Shown: positions 9,197-18,896, counted from the first letter of the stretch. The stretch is 64,000 nt of DNA from Trueperaceae bacterium (GCA_034521815.1 JAXHLW010000013.1:1792001-1856000), one strand, 5' to 3'. Program-made: numbers and translations. The notes: a model not told the origin generated them from the sequence alone.

Positions 9197-10408
9197 ATGT
9201 TCAAAGGCAGCGCGGCGGCACGGATCGCGACGATCTACGGCGTCGTCGCGACGGTCTGGATCCTGCTGAGCGACCGCGCTGCCCTGGCGATGTTCTTGGA
9301 CCCGTTCCAGCTCAGCTGGGGCCAGACCGTCAAGGGGCTGGGCTTCGTGGTCGCCAGCGCGGTCCTGATCTACGCCCTGATCCGCCGTGAGCGTCGGCGC
9401 TGGATCGCGGCCGAAGCCTCCGAGCACGACATGGCGATGCACTACCAGGCGATCTTCATGGCCAGCCCCGCCGGCATCGTGATCACCGACCTCGCGGACG
9501 ACCGGTTCGAGGACGTGAACGACAGGTTCCTGCGGCTGTCGGGCTACCGCCGCGACGACATCATCGGCAAGGCCGTGGCGGACGTCGACCTGTGGGTGGC
9601 GCCCGAGGAGCGGCGCGCCGCCGCCCACGAGGTGCGATCGAAAGGCCGGCTGGTGGACCGAACGGGTCTGCTCCGGCGCGCCGACGGCAGCGTCCGGACG
9701 ATGCTCTGGTCGGCCGTCCTGCTCGATCTCGAGGGGCGACAGCGCATGCTCGCCGCGATGGTGGACGTCACCGAACGGGCCGAGGCGTACGAACAGACGC
9801 TGGCCGGCTGGGCGGCGGCCCTGGACCTGCGCGATCACGATACGGCGGGGCACGCGCAGCGCGTGACCGAGCTGGCGGTCGCCCTGGGCGAGCGACTCGG
9901 CATGGACCGCGACGAGCTGACCGCGCTCAGGCGGGGCGCGCTGCTGCACGACATCGGAAAGATCGGCGTCCCGGACAAGGTCCTCAACAAGCCCGGGCCC
10001 CTGGACGAGGAGGAGTGGGCCGTGATGCGAGCGCACCCGGAGATCGCCCGCGAGCTGTTGGCGCCGATCTCGTTCCTCCAGGATTCGATCGACATTCCAG
10101 CGCATCACCACGAGCGCTGGGACGGCAACGGCTACCCCGACGGGCTGGCGGGCGAGGCGATCCCGCTGGCCGCCCGGATCTTCGCCGTGGTGGACGTGTG
10201 GGACGCCCTGTGCAGCGATCGCCCGTATCGCTCGGCGTGGGCGACCGAGGCGGTGATCCGTCACGTCCGCGAGAACGCGGGGCATCACTTCGATCCGCGG
10301 GTGGCGGAGGCGTTCCTGGCGATGGTCGAGTCTGGAGAGGTGACCGAGGGGGCGGTCAGCTCCGCAGGTACGACGCCCCGTTCACGTCCAGAATGGCGCC
10401 GGTCGTGA
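9197..10408 (+). CDS. Membrane-anchored PAS + HD-GYP cyclic-dinucleotide phosphodiesterase
   Basis: Two TM helices, PAS (VNDRFLRLSGYRRDDIIG), LLHDIGK, HHERWDGNGYPDGL; TACTGT -10 box 7 nt upstream. Confidence 0.9.
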   Translation: MFKGSAAARIATIYGVVATVWILLSDRAALAMFLDPFQLSWGQTVKGLGFVVASAVLIYALIRRERRRWIAAEASEHDMAMHYQAIFMASPAGIVITDLADDRFEDVNDRFLRLSGYRRDDIIGKAVADVDLWVAPEERRAAAHEVRSKGRLVDRTGLLRRADGSVRTMLWSAVLLDLEGRQRMLAAMVDVTERAEAYEQTLAGWAAALDLRDHDTAGHAQRVTELAVALGERLGMDRDELTALRRGALLHDIGKIGVPDKVLNKPGPLDEEEWAVMRAHPEIARELLAPISFLQDSIDIPAHHHERWDGNGYPDGLAGEAIPLAARIFAVVDVWDALCSDRPYRSAWATEAVIRHVRENAGHHFDPRVAEAFLAMVESGEVTEGAVSSAGTTPRSRPEWRRS

Positions 10409-11114
10409 ACTCCGCCCCCTCGGACGCGAGGAACCAGACGGCGTGCGCGACCTCCTCTGGGGTCGCGACGCGTCCCAGCGGGCTCTGGGCACGGATGGCG
10501 TCCCCTTGCGGACCTTCGAGGCGCTCACGCGCCATCTCGGTCTCGACGAAGCCCGGCGCGACGACCCCGACGAACACGCCGTAACGGGCCAGCTGCTGCG
10601 CCAGCGACTGCGCCAACGCGTTCAGGCCCGCCTTGCTGGCGCCGTAGGCGGGCTGGTCCGGCTCGCCCCGGAACGCTCCGCGCGACGACACGAACACCAT
10701 CCGGCCGCCGCCGTGCTCGATCATGTGGCGTCCTGCCGCATACGCCACGTTGGCGGGACCGACCAGGTTCACCGCCAAGATTCGCCGCCAGGCCTCCTGC
10801 CAGGCGGCGTAGTCGTCCTCGTCGACCCGGTGCCGGCCGCCGATGCCCGCGTTGTTCACCACCACGTCCAGTCCGTTCAACGCCGCGACGGCGTCCGTGA
10901 CCAGCCGCTCGGCCTGGAGCGGATCGGCGACGTCGGCCTGGACGGCGGCGTGCGGGCCGCCAGGAAGCTCGGCCAGCGTGGCCTGGGCCGCCGCCTCGTC
11001 GCTGCGGTAGCCGATCGCGACCCGCGCCCCGCGCCGCGCGAAGGCGTGCGCGACGGCGCGTCCGATACCGCGCGACCCGCCCGTCACCAGAACGGCTCGG
11101 TCTTGGACGTTCAC
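10356..11114 (-). CDS. Short-chain dehydrogenase/reductase
   Basis: TGGSRGIG, VNNAG, YGASK, PGFVET; GTG start after a GGAG RBS. Confidence 0.92.
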   Translation of the reverse strand: MNVQDRAVLVTGGSRGIGRAVAHAFARRGARVAIGYRSDEAAAQATLAELPGGPHAAVQADVADPLQAERLVTDAVAALNGLDVVVNNAGIGGRHRVDEDDYAAWQEAWRRILAVNLVGPANVAYAAGRHMIEHGGGRMVFVSSRGAFRGEPDQPAYGASKAGLNALAQSLAQQLARYGVFVGVVAPGFVETEMARERLEGPQGDAIRAQSPLGRVATPEEVAHAVWFLASEGAEFTTGAILDVNGASYLRS

Positions 11115-11151
11115 GCGCCGCTCCTCGCCGCCCTCACGGCCGGCTCTCGTG

Positions 11152-11181
11152 CGTGAGCAAGGACGACGTGAGCAAGGACGA
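11152..11181. repeat. Tandem repeat, 2 x 15 bp (CGTGAGCAAGGACGA)
   Basis: Two exact copies read directly upstream of the SDR gene. Confidence 0.8.
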
Positions 11182-11300
11182 GGCCTCGCGCGAGCCGCAT
11201 CGCCGCATGCCAGCTGGGCGAGGCGTCGGTGGGCAGACGGATCTTCACGAACATGCGCGACCTCCGAGGGGCGAGGATACACCCGGCCGCCCAGACCGGC

Positions 11301-12431
11301 TCAGGCGTGCCTCGTCCGAATCCACAGCAGCGCCACGACCACCAGCAGACAGGCCGCGACGCCGCTCAGCGCGGTGGGGATCACGCCGGGCCCGGAGTGG
11401 GCCACCCAGGCACCGATCGCCGCCGTTCCCGCGACGGGACCGACGTTCGCGACCGCCAACGCCAGCGGCACGATCCGCTCGCTGCGGCGCGGGAACACCC
11501 GCTCGATCCAGGCGAGGGTGGTGGGAAACACCGGCGCGAGCGTCAGCCCGGCCAGCGCGTAGGCGACCGGCGCGAACGAGGTGACGTGCGCGGCGGTCAG
11601 CGCAGCCAGTCCCGCCCCGCTCGAGAGCAGCACCAGCGTCCGCGGCGCGATGCGTGCGCTCAGCGGGATCGCGAGCAGGCGACCGATCGTCAGGGCGATC
11701 CAGAAGACGCTGGTCATGAACGCCGCCGAGCGCGCACCCAGCGACGGCTCCAAGTGCACCGTCTCCCAGCTGGCCACGCCCGACTCGGTCGCGACGTACA
11801 GCGCGTACAGCGCCACGAACCCGATCGCGGCCAGCCACGGCAGGGGGGCGGGCTCGGCCGTCGGCGCCGCCTCCGGCTCGGGCACGCGCAACGACAGGAC
11901 GGTCGCCATTCCTACGAGAAGCGCGAGGCCCAAGAACGGCAGTCGCAGCGAACCGCCCGCCGCGCCGACCGCCACGGGCCCGAGCACCGCGCCGACGCCG
12001 AACACGGCGCTCATCAGGTTCAGGATCGGGGCGGCGTTCGGCGCGAACACCCTCGCGATCAGCAGGTTGAACGCCACGTTCAACAGACCGAAGCCCAGCC
12101 CGGCCGCAGCGGCGCCGATCAACAGCCACGTCCAGGTCGGCGCCAACGCCGCCAGCACCACGCCGGCCGTCATGGTCGCGCCCGCCCCGAACAGGACGGG
12201 CCGGTACCCGACGCGCACCAGCAGCACCGACGATGCGACGGTGGCCACGAACGACCCCGCGAAGTTCAGCACCACGGTCAGCCCGACGGCGTCGACACCG
12301 ACGCCGTAGCGCTCGATCAGGCCGGGGAACGCCGGGCCGTACATCGCCTGCAGCGCGCCGATGCCCAGCAGGCCCAGGGCAGCGGCGACGAGGAGCGACC
12401 TCCTCTTTGGATCGCGCAGGGCGGACCGCAT
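11301..12431 (-). CDS. MFS transporter
   Basis: About 12 TM segments; LLVRVGYRP loop, FWIALTIGRLL, LAPVFPT. Confidence 0.88.
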   Translation of the reverse strand: MRSALRDPKRRSLLVAAALGLLGIGALQAMYGPAFPGLIERYGVGVDAVGLTVVLNFAGSFVATVASSVLLVRVGYRPVLFGAGATMTAGVVLAALAPTWTWLLIGAAAAGLGFGLLNVAFNLLIARVFAPNAAPILNLMSAVFGVGAVLGPVAVGAAGGSLRLPFLGLALLVGMATVLSLRVPEPEAAPTAEPAPLPWLAAIGFVALYALYVATESGVASWETVHLEPSLGARSAAFMTSVFWIALTIGRLLAIPLSARIAPRTLVLLSSGAGLAALTAAHVTSFAPVAYALAGLTLAPVFPTTLAWIERVFPRRSERIVPLALAVANVGPVAGTAAIGAWVAHSGPGVIPTALSGVAACLLVVVALLWIRTRHA

Positions 12432-12484
12432 CGCGGCGACTCTACCGGACCGGGGTTCGGCTGGCACGGGGATAGACTCCCGCC

Positions 12485-12931
12485 ATGCCCGAGCCCGCGC
12501 GCCAGACCTTCTACCGCGAGGTGCACGTCGACGACGCTGGCCTCGCGGCGCGTCGACTGCTGACGACGGCCGTCCGGCACCGCTGCCCCGCCTGTGGCGG
12601 GGCGAAGGTGACGACCGGCGCGATCGGCATCGTGGACCGCTGTCCCAGCTGCGGTTCTCGCTTCGACCGCTTCGAAGGCAACGAGCTGATCGCCATTCCC
12701 TTGTCGTTCTTCCTGACGGTCGCGGCGCTGCTGGCGATCTCGCTGGTGGTGATCCCGCGCTACGGCTTCTTCGACGGGCTGATGCTCGTGCTGTTCGGCG
12801 TCGGGATCGTGCTGGTGCTGCTTCTGGTCCGCCCGGTCCGCGTGTTGACGCTGTGGCTGATGTGGATGTTGGGGTTCGTCTACCCCGACCGTGTACCCGA
12901 CAAGGGTCGCTTCACCCTGCCGCGACGCTAG
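12485..12931 (+). CDS. DUF983-like zinc-ribbon membrane protein
   Basis: RCPACG...RCPSCG followed by two TM helices; TAGACT -10 box. Confidence 0.75.
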   Translation: MPEPARQTFYREVHVDDAGLAARRLLTTAVRHRCPACGGAKVTTGAIGIVDRCPSCGSRFDRFEGNELIAIPLSFFLTVAALLAISLVVIPRYGFFDGLMLVLFGVGIVLVLLLVRPVRVLTLWLMWMLGFVYPDRVPDKGRFTLPRR

Positions 12932-13344
12932 TCGGACGGGTCGTGCGCGATCAGTACGGGCCGACGCGCGCGCCGGACCACGCGCTCCGCCACGCTGCCG
13001 TTCAGGAAGTGCGCCAGTCCGGTCCGACCGTGCGTGCCCATCACGATCAGGTCCGCCCGCCACGCCTCCGCATCGGCGAGGATGACCTCGACCGGCGCGC
13101 CCACCTCCACCACCCGCTCGTCGCCGTCGCGAGCCACCTCGTCCAGGCGCGCCGCCAGCTCGCTGGCGAGCGCCTCACGCTCGGCCCTCACGGGCGCCGC
13201 CCCGGCGAGTGGATCTGCCACCCGCTTCGGATCGAGCACGTGAAGCAGGCGGCACGCCGCGTTCGGAAAGTTCTCGCGCGCCAGCGCGATCGCCGCGTCG
13301 GCGCTGGACGAGAAGTCGGTGGGCACCAGGATCTTCGTGAACAT
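12928..13344 (-). CDS. Universal stress protein
   Basis: MFTKILVPTDFS, ADLIVMGTHGRTG, GSVAERVVR; AGGAGG RBS. Confidence 0.93.
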   Translation of the reverse strand: MFTKILVPTDFSSSADAAIALARENFPNAACRLLHVLDPKRVADPLAGAAPVRAEREALASELAARLDEVARDGDERVVEVGAPVEVILADAEAWRADLIVMGTHGRTGLAHFLNGSVAERVVRRARRPVLIAHDPSD

Positions 13345-13555
13345 CGGCGTCCTCCTCGGGGCCGTCATCCTCGGGGCCGTCATCCCCGTCGTCATCGCGC
13401 GACCGTCACCTCGGCGGCGGATCGCGCACCGATCGGCCGAGCCGCGCGTGGCTGACGATACCCGAGGCGCTGCGTCCCGGGCCGCGTTGCGGCCACCGCC
13501 GCCCTCACGCTTGGATCGTGCGGCAGTGCCGCTGCGGAGGGCCTGACGACCGGCG

Positions 13556-14122
13556 TCAGCGGAGGAAGCGCCAGACGAAGTCCGCGGGCGGCTCGGCGCT
13601 GGTCGTGAGAGAGCCGCTCTCGGTAACGATGCGGGAGTAGAGGTTCCAGCCGGGCTGCAAGTCGAGCTCGATAAGGTCCCCCATGCAGTCCTCCTCGGCG
13701 ACGAACGCTTCCTCGACGTAGGCGAGGTACGTGTAGCTCGACGGCCCATACATGCCCCAGTCCCCGGGTGTTCGACGGGTTCGCCAGAACTGCCCAACCG
13801 TCTCCTCGCCGTCCACCACGTCCAGGTAGGGCACGAACGCGATGTTCACCGATGACGCGCCACAGACACGCATCTCCCCCAGCATCTCGGGATCCAGCTC
13901 GGCGGGCAGACGGATGCTGAACGAGCCGCCCTCGACCCGACCACGCGCGAGGGGCGTCGTGCCGAGCGATCCCGGCTCGTCACGGATCATGGCCTCGACC
14001 ACGGTGCCGTCCGGCACCGCCGCAGGCACCTCGCCACGGAACTCGAATCCCTCGTCCTGCGCGAGCCCGCAGAACGCCAACGACCATGAAACCGCGAACA
14101 GAACGACGATTTTTCGTGTCAT
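13556..14122 (-). CDS. Hypothetical secreted protein
   Basis: Signal peptide MTRKIVVLFAVSWSLAFCGLA; acidic body; C-terminal LDLQPGWNLY motif. Confidence 0.7.
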   Translation of the reverse strand: MTRKIVVLFAVSWSLAFCGLAQDEGFEFRGEVPAAVPDGTVVEAMIRDEPGSLGTTPLARGRVEGGSFSIRLPAELDPEMLGEMRVCGASSVNIAFVPYLDVVDGEETVGQFWRTRRTPGDWGMYGPSSYTYLAYVEEAFVAEEDCMGDLIELDLQPGWNLYSRIVTESGSLTTSAEPPADFVWRFLR

Positions 14123-14267
14123 GCCCGCACCATCGCACATCGCCGCCCTGCTGAACGCCGGCCTGGGCGTCGTCCGAGAGGCTTGCGAACACGCGTGCTC
14201 CTCCACCGGTCGCGGTGGCGCCCTCCGGACGCGCGGCGCGGACCTGCCGCCCGCCTACGCCGCCCGC

Positions 14268-16634
14268 CTACTCGGCGCGCTCGAACGCGTACCGCAGAGC
14301 GCCCTGGCCGAACACGACCACGGGTCCGTCGTTCCCGCTGTCGTCCAGCTCGAGAGGGAGGCCGGACAGGGGCACGCCGTACGTGACGTACCCGTCGAAC
14401 TCGCCGGCGTCGTCCACGGTCGGACGCACCTCGACGCGGAACTCGCCGGCGTCCAGAACGAGCTGGCCGTCGTCCATCTCGAGCACGATCTCGCCGAGCG
14501 CGTCGTTCCGGTAGGTTCCGACGAACGCGTCCACCTCGTCCGGATCGACCGCGGCCTGCAGCGTCTCCAAGCGCTCGCGGCGGCTGCTCTCCGCCTGCTC
14601 GACCTGGAACGCCGCGTTCGCCGCGGCTTCCGTGGGAATGTCGTAGGTCAGCTCGAGGAGGCGGGTGGCGACGGCGTCGCTGAAGGCGTTCGTCCCCTGT
14701 CCGTTCGTGAGCACGACGATCCCGACGTCCGCCTCGGGCACGAACACGAACTCGGAGGTGAACCCGAGCGTGTTTCCCGAGTGGTACATCCTGCGTAGGC
14801 CCTTGTACTCGCCGACGATCCAGCCGAGGCCGTAGCTCTCCGTCGCAGAGATCGGCACCTGCGGTTCCCACGTTTCGCGCAGCGTCGCCTCGGACACCAC
14901 GCGCTGTCCGTCGGGCGTCACGCCGGCGCTCAGGATGGTCGCCATGTAGCGGCCCATGTCGCGGGCGGTCGACCAGTGCACGCCGGCGGGTGCGACGGGG
15001 AGCAGGATCTCCTCGACCGCGAGGTCGATCGGCTCGTACGCTCCGCTATCGACGCCCTGCTGATGGGGAACCGCGTGCACGCCACGCGCCCTGACGTCCT
15101 CGAACGAAAGGGTGGTGCGGTCCAGTCCGATCGGACCGAGCACGCGCTCGCTCAGGGAGGTCGCGTAGCCGTCGAACAGCTCGCCGTAGCTGGCCCCGTC
15201 GGCCGCGGCGGCCGCGTAGCCGGCGGTTGCGACGAGCTGATTGCTGTACTGGAACGCCTCGCCGAAGTCGGTGAAGAACTCGAAGGTCCGGAGCTGCTCG
15301 ACGATCCCTTCGGCGTCGAGCTCGTCGGCGTTGAAGAACAGCTCGAAGTCGCGCCGCGGCACCCCGGTGCACGCGCACAGCAGATTGCGGAGGGTGATCT
15401 CCTCCGTCAGCTCCGGATCGGCGACCGCGAACTGCGGAAGCACGTCCACGACCGGCGTGTCCCACTCCACGACGCCAGCGTCGACGAGGGTCGCGACCAG
15501 CAGCGACGTCATCGTCTTGCCGGTCGAGCCGATCATCATCTGCGTCTCAGGCGTGACCGGCTCGCCGCCGCCCGCCACCGTCGTGCCGAAGCCGTCCACG
15601 TGGACCACCTCACCGTCCTGGACGATGGCGATCGACGCCCCCGGCACGCCGAACGCCTCCACCTGCTCTTCGATGAAGGCGCGGAGCTCGGGCAGCGTCT
15701 CCTCCACCGGGCGGCGCTCCTCGCCCGTCAGATCGACGTCCTCGATCGCCGTGATGGACAGGCCGCTGGCGACGATCTGGAGCTGCGACGCCCGCCTCTG
15801 GAGATCGGCGAGGTCGGCATCGATCAACAGCGTGTAGATCGTGCCGTCGTGCAGCTGCGCGAGCGCCTGGACCACCCGGTCGTCGTCGTCGGGGTCGTAG
15901 TTCACCAAGAGGGTGCGCTCGACCCCGGGATCGGAGGGTGGCTCCAACGTCTCGTCCGGCTCGAGGTCGAACTGCGGCACCGCCAGCGACCAGGCGTCCG
16001 TCACCGCCCGCTCGAGGTCGTCGCCCTCGGACACGACGACGTGCATACGGATCCCGCCGGACGGATCGCGTGCCGTGACGAAGCCGTCCGCTTCCGTCAC
16101 CTGCCAGCCGCCAGGAACCGGAAAGGAGAACCGCCCTTGCGGCTCTTCGTACACGCGCTCCGGAGCCGGTTGCGCTTCCACCCCGGCCGGCGCGTCGGCG
16201 TCGTCCGTCGCCTGACCTCCGGGTGCGGCGTCGTCCCCTCGTCGCAACGCGAACGGGAACTCCTGCCCCGCCTGCGTGAACATGCCGGTCATCTCGTCCC
16301 CGTCGACGGTGCCGGTCAAGGTCGGCGATCCCTGGACGTCGGCGATCGCGAACGATACGTCCACGCCGTCGACGGCCACGTCCGAGAGTGGAACGCCGTT
16401 CGCGCCCTGCGCGGGAATGTCGATGGTGCCGCTCCAGCCGTCGTCGCCGGCGTCCAAGCGGACGGTCACCTCGAGCGGCTGGCCGGGAATCTCGATCGCT
16501 CCCTGCCAGGCGCCGGCGGCCGAATCGGTCGGCGAGGCGTCTTGAGCGACGGCGGTGGCCACGAACAGTGCGGCGCACAATGCCGCATACAGTGCCGAGA
16601 AGGCGCTCGAGGCGCGCCGAACGCGTCTGTTCAT
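14268..16634 (-). CDS. Secreted serine hydrolase (beta-lactamase/PBP class C-like) with extra N-terminal domains
   Basis: Signal peptide; GSTGK (SxxK), FQYSN (YxN), YGLGW, HSGNTLGF. Confidence 0.88.
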   Translation of the reverse strand: MNRRVRRASSAFSALYAALCAALFVATAVAQDASPTDSAAGAWQGAIEIPGQPLEVTVRLDAGDDGWSGTIDIPAQGANGVPLSDVAVDGVDVSFAIADVQGSPTLTGTVDGDEMTGMFTQAGQEFPFALRRGDDAAPGGQATDDADAPAGVEAQPAPERVYEEPQGRFSFPVPGGWQVTEADGFVTARDPSGGIRMHVVVSEGDDLERAVTDAWSLAVPQFDLEPDETLEPPSDPGVERTLLVNYDPDDDDRVVQALAQLHDGTIYTLLIDADLADLQRRASQLQIVASGLSITAIEDVDLTGEERRPVEETLPELRAFIEEQVEAFGVPGASIAIVQDGEVVHVDGFGTTVAGGGEPVTPETQMMIGSTGKTMTSLLVATLVDAGVVEWDTPVVDVLPQFAVADPELTEEITLRNLLCACTGVPRRDFELFFNADELDAEGIVEQLRTFEFFTDFGEAFQYSNQLVATAGYAAAAADGASYGELFDGYATSLSERVLGPIGLDRTTLSFEDVRARGVHAVPHQQGVDSGAYEPIDLAVEEILLPVAPAGVHWSTARDMGRYMATILSAGVTPDGQRVVSEATLRETWEPQVPISATESYGLGWIVGEYKGLRRMYHSGNTLGFTSEFVFVPEADVGIVVLTNGQGTNAFSDAVATRLLELTYDIPTEAAANAAFQVEQAESSRRERLETLQAAVDPDEVDAFVGTYRNDALGEIVLEMDDGQLVLDAGEFRVEVRPTVDDAGEFDGYVTYGVPLSGLPLELDDSGNDGPVVVFGQGALRYAFERAE

Positions 16635-16985
16635 TTCCGGTACCTCCTGAGGGCGATCGCTCATACGGAATCGCTCCCGCCCGACGTATTCGGGATGGCC
16701 TGCCGCCCTCGTCGGGAAGCCTAGCGAAGGTCCGCGATGCGGTCAAACCGTTCGGTGACACGCTCGACGGGATACGCCGTTCGACGGGACGATCGTCGGC
16801 CGGACCCGTCTCCGTGATCACGACTCGGACGCCGCCCTTCACGTTCGGAAGGGACGGACGTGCCGGTGGTGGACGCGGTGTCGAGGAGGCTACCAGAGGC
16901 CGAGCTCGTGCCCCGGGATGGACCCGAACCGCGAGACATGGTCATTCGTGCGCGCGGCACGGCATGTCGGAGGCTAGACTCAGCC

Positions 16986-17857
16986 GTGGCCGACATCGCT
17001 GTGCGCCTGCTGCGCCTGCTGGGCGCGCCCACCGTCGAGGTCGACGGACGGCGCGAGCCGCTGCCGTTCACGACCCCGACCTCGTTGCTGCTGTACTTGG
17101 CGGTGGCGGGCGACTGGGTGTCGCGCTACGAGCTGGCCTTCCTCTTCCGGCCGGACGAGCCCGAGACGGTGGCGTTGCAGTACCTGCGCCTGCAGCTCCA
17201 CCGGGCGCAGCGCGCTCCGTGGGCGCTGGGCCTCGAGATCGGAGCCGACCAGCTGCGTTGGGCGCCTGCGAGCGACCTGGCGAGCTTCGACGCCGCCTTC
17301 GCGTCGAAGGACTGGGGGGCCGTCGTGGACGCCTACGGCGGGCCGTTGCTGGCGTCGTTCGCGATGCGCGACAAGCCGACCTTCGAGACCTGGCTGGAGC
17401 TCGAGCGCGACGGCGTCGAGCAGCGCTACCGGACCGCCTTGGAGCGCCGCGCGATGGAGCTCGCCGAACGGGGTGCGCTGTCCGAGGCGGCCGACCTGCT
17501 CGGTCGTCGCGCACGCCTCGACACGCTCGACGAGGCCGCGACCGTCGCGTACCTCGAGGCCCTCGGACGCATCGGCCGCAAGGCCGACGCGCGGCGACAC
17601 TACGACGGCTTCGTCGCGCTGTTGCGTGACGAGCTCGACGCCGTCCCGGCCGAGGCGACGCGCACCCTGATGGAGCGGATCGATGCCGGGGACGTCGAAG
17701 ACGCGGCACCGGCACGGTCCCCTTCGCGCGACACGGTGCCGCAACCCGCGACCCGCTTCGTCGGACGGCGATCGGAAGTGGCCGAGCTCGAGCAGCGGCT
17801 CGCGCAGGACGACTGCCGACTGCTCACCATCGTGGGGCTCGGCGGTACCGGCAAGAC
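16986..17857 (+). pseudogene. Truncated SARP/BTAD-NB-ARC transcriptional regulator
   Basis: LRLLGAP, LLLYLA, BTAD (FETWLELER, DTLDEAA), TRFVGRRSEV, LLTIVGLGGTGKT; homology stops right after Walker A. TAGACT -10 box before GTG 16986. Confidence 0.8.
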
Positions 17858-17928
17858 AACTGCATGTCGACCGCGCGCTCCCGCGCCACGCGCCGCAACC
17901 GACTCCGAATGTCCGCAGCCCGGTTCAC
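17857..17928 (-). pseudogene. N-terminal 24-codon remnant of an AbiEii-type nucleotidyltransferase toxin
   Basis: GTG overlaps the antitoxin TGA. Reads MNRAADIRSRLRRVARERAVDMQL, resembling typical AbiEii N-termini, then runs into the SARP gene. Confidence 0.7.
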
Positions 17929-18530
17929 GCGAGGAACGCCTCCAAATACGGCGCCATCGCCTTATCCACTTTCACCCGCCGAGCCTCGTCCAGCAGCGCA
18001 TCGACCGTGCTTCTCCGGCGTACGTACGCCCGGAGAACCTCCAACGACGCCTCGAGCCCGACACGGCTACGAAACCGGAACATGTCGACCACCGTTCGAG
18101 CAGGACTGGTCACGCGAATGTCCGCACCGAAGTAATCCTCGACCTGCACCGCCGAGCCCGTGAGCAGAGCCGGCTCGACGTAGGCGATCTCGAGCGTGAC
18201 GAACTCCAAGCGCGGACGGGGTGTACCCGGCGGAAGCGCGACCCACACCGCGTAGGGCGTGGCGACCGTCAGCTCGTAGAGCTGGGCGGCCGAGAAGAGA
18301 CACACGACCGCATGAGGAACGCGGGCGCATACCTTCGCCAACGTCGCCCGCTCGTCCGAGGGCGCATCCACGCTCTCGTACATGCCGCGCGCCACCCGCC
18401 GAATACGCCCCCGCTCCACGAGTCGCGACAAATAGGCCCTGGGAATCCCGAACTCGGCCAGGTCCCGCGCCCGCACGAAACGTCGCTCGTCGAAGAGTCG
18501 CAAGAGTGTGGTGGTGTGGTCGTCGGCCAT
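17925..18530 (-). CDS. Type IV toxin-antitoxin antitoxin, AbiEi family
   Basis: wHTH (VRARDLAEFGIPRAYLSRLVERGRIRRVARGMY), VVCLFSAAQLYELT, VTSPARTVVDMFRFRSRVGLE. Confidence 0.88.
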   Translation of the reverse strand: MADDHTTTLLRLFDERRFVRARDLAEFGIPRAYLSRLVERGRIRRVARGMYESVDAPSDERATLAKVCARVPHAVVCLFSAAQLYELTVATPYAVWVALPPGTPRPRLEFVTLEIAYVEPALLTGSAVQVEDYFGADIRVTSPARTVVDMFRFRSRVGLEASLEVLRAYVRRRSTVDALLDEARRVKVDKAMAPYLEAFLA

Positions 18531-18579
18531 TGATACGTATTTTAACAGTTTGTCATCCGCCTGTTAGGATTCGTATCAA
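18530..18579. promoter_or_regulatory. Imperfect 19-bp inverted repeat over the abiEi promoter (probable autoregulatory operator)
   Basis: TTGATACGTATTTTAACAG (18530-18548), 12-bp spacer, CTGTTAGGATTCGTATCAA (18561-18579); 16/19 match. Contains TAAAAT on the minus strand. Confidence 0.75.
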
Positions 18580-18709
18580 ACCGGCAAGAAGCGTCGCCCG
18601 TTGACGACACTCCAACCCCTCTGTGATTCGAGCCGCTGCGATCGTTCTGAAGCCACTACGGTGGATCCGGCGTGAGTTCCAACACCATTCCGCACGCGTC
18701 GCCCGATCG

Positions 18710-18822
18710 TCACACCTTCACATCGTCGTTGAGCGTCAACGGATCCGCCGTCCGTCCGCGAATCCCCAGTTCGCCTCCGGCGCGAGGTGCCCCCTCGACT
18801 CGAAAATCTTCACCTGTGCCAT
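18710..18822 (-). pseudogene. Internally deleted tautomerase-family gene relic
   Basis: MAQVKIFESRGHLA joined to PEANWG, then frameshifted IRGRTADPLTLNDDVKV*; resembles the two ends of a tautomerase-family protein. Confidence 0.5.
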
Positions 18823-18896
18823 TGGGCCCATTTCGAAACGGGGAACGGCAGAATGCGCACCACCCATTTCGGGGCGATGCGATTGATCTGGAGCCA

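Noticed and set aside
10356..10408. Convergent 3' overlaps (also 8181-8197 and 52358-52370) as antisense regulation
   Set aside because: Short tail overlaps are common in high-GC genomes where stop codons are rare; no further evidence.
16764..16789. TCGACGGGA direct repeat as a canonical SARP box
   Set aside because: Spacing is 17 bp rather than the 11/22-bp periodicity typical of SARP heptamers; kept only as a side note.
16860..18533. 557-aa ORF read as a novel SARP fusion protein
   Set aside because: Everything after GKT (about 17857) is the antisense of abiEi and the toxin stub, so it is read-through from a truncation and not a real domain.
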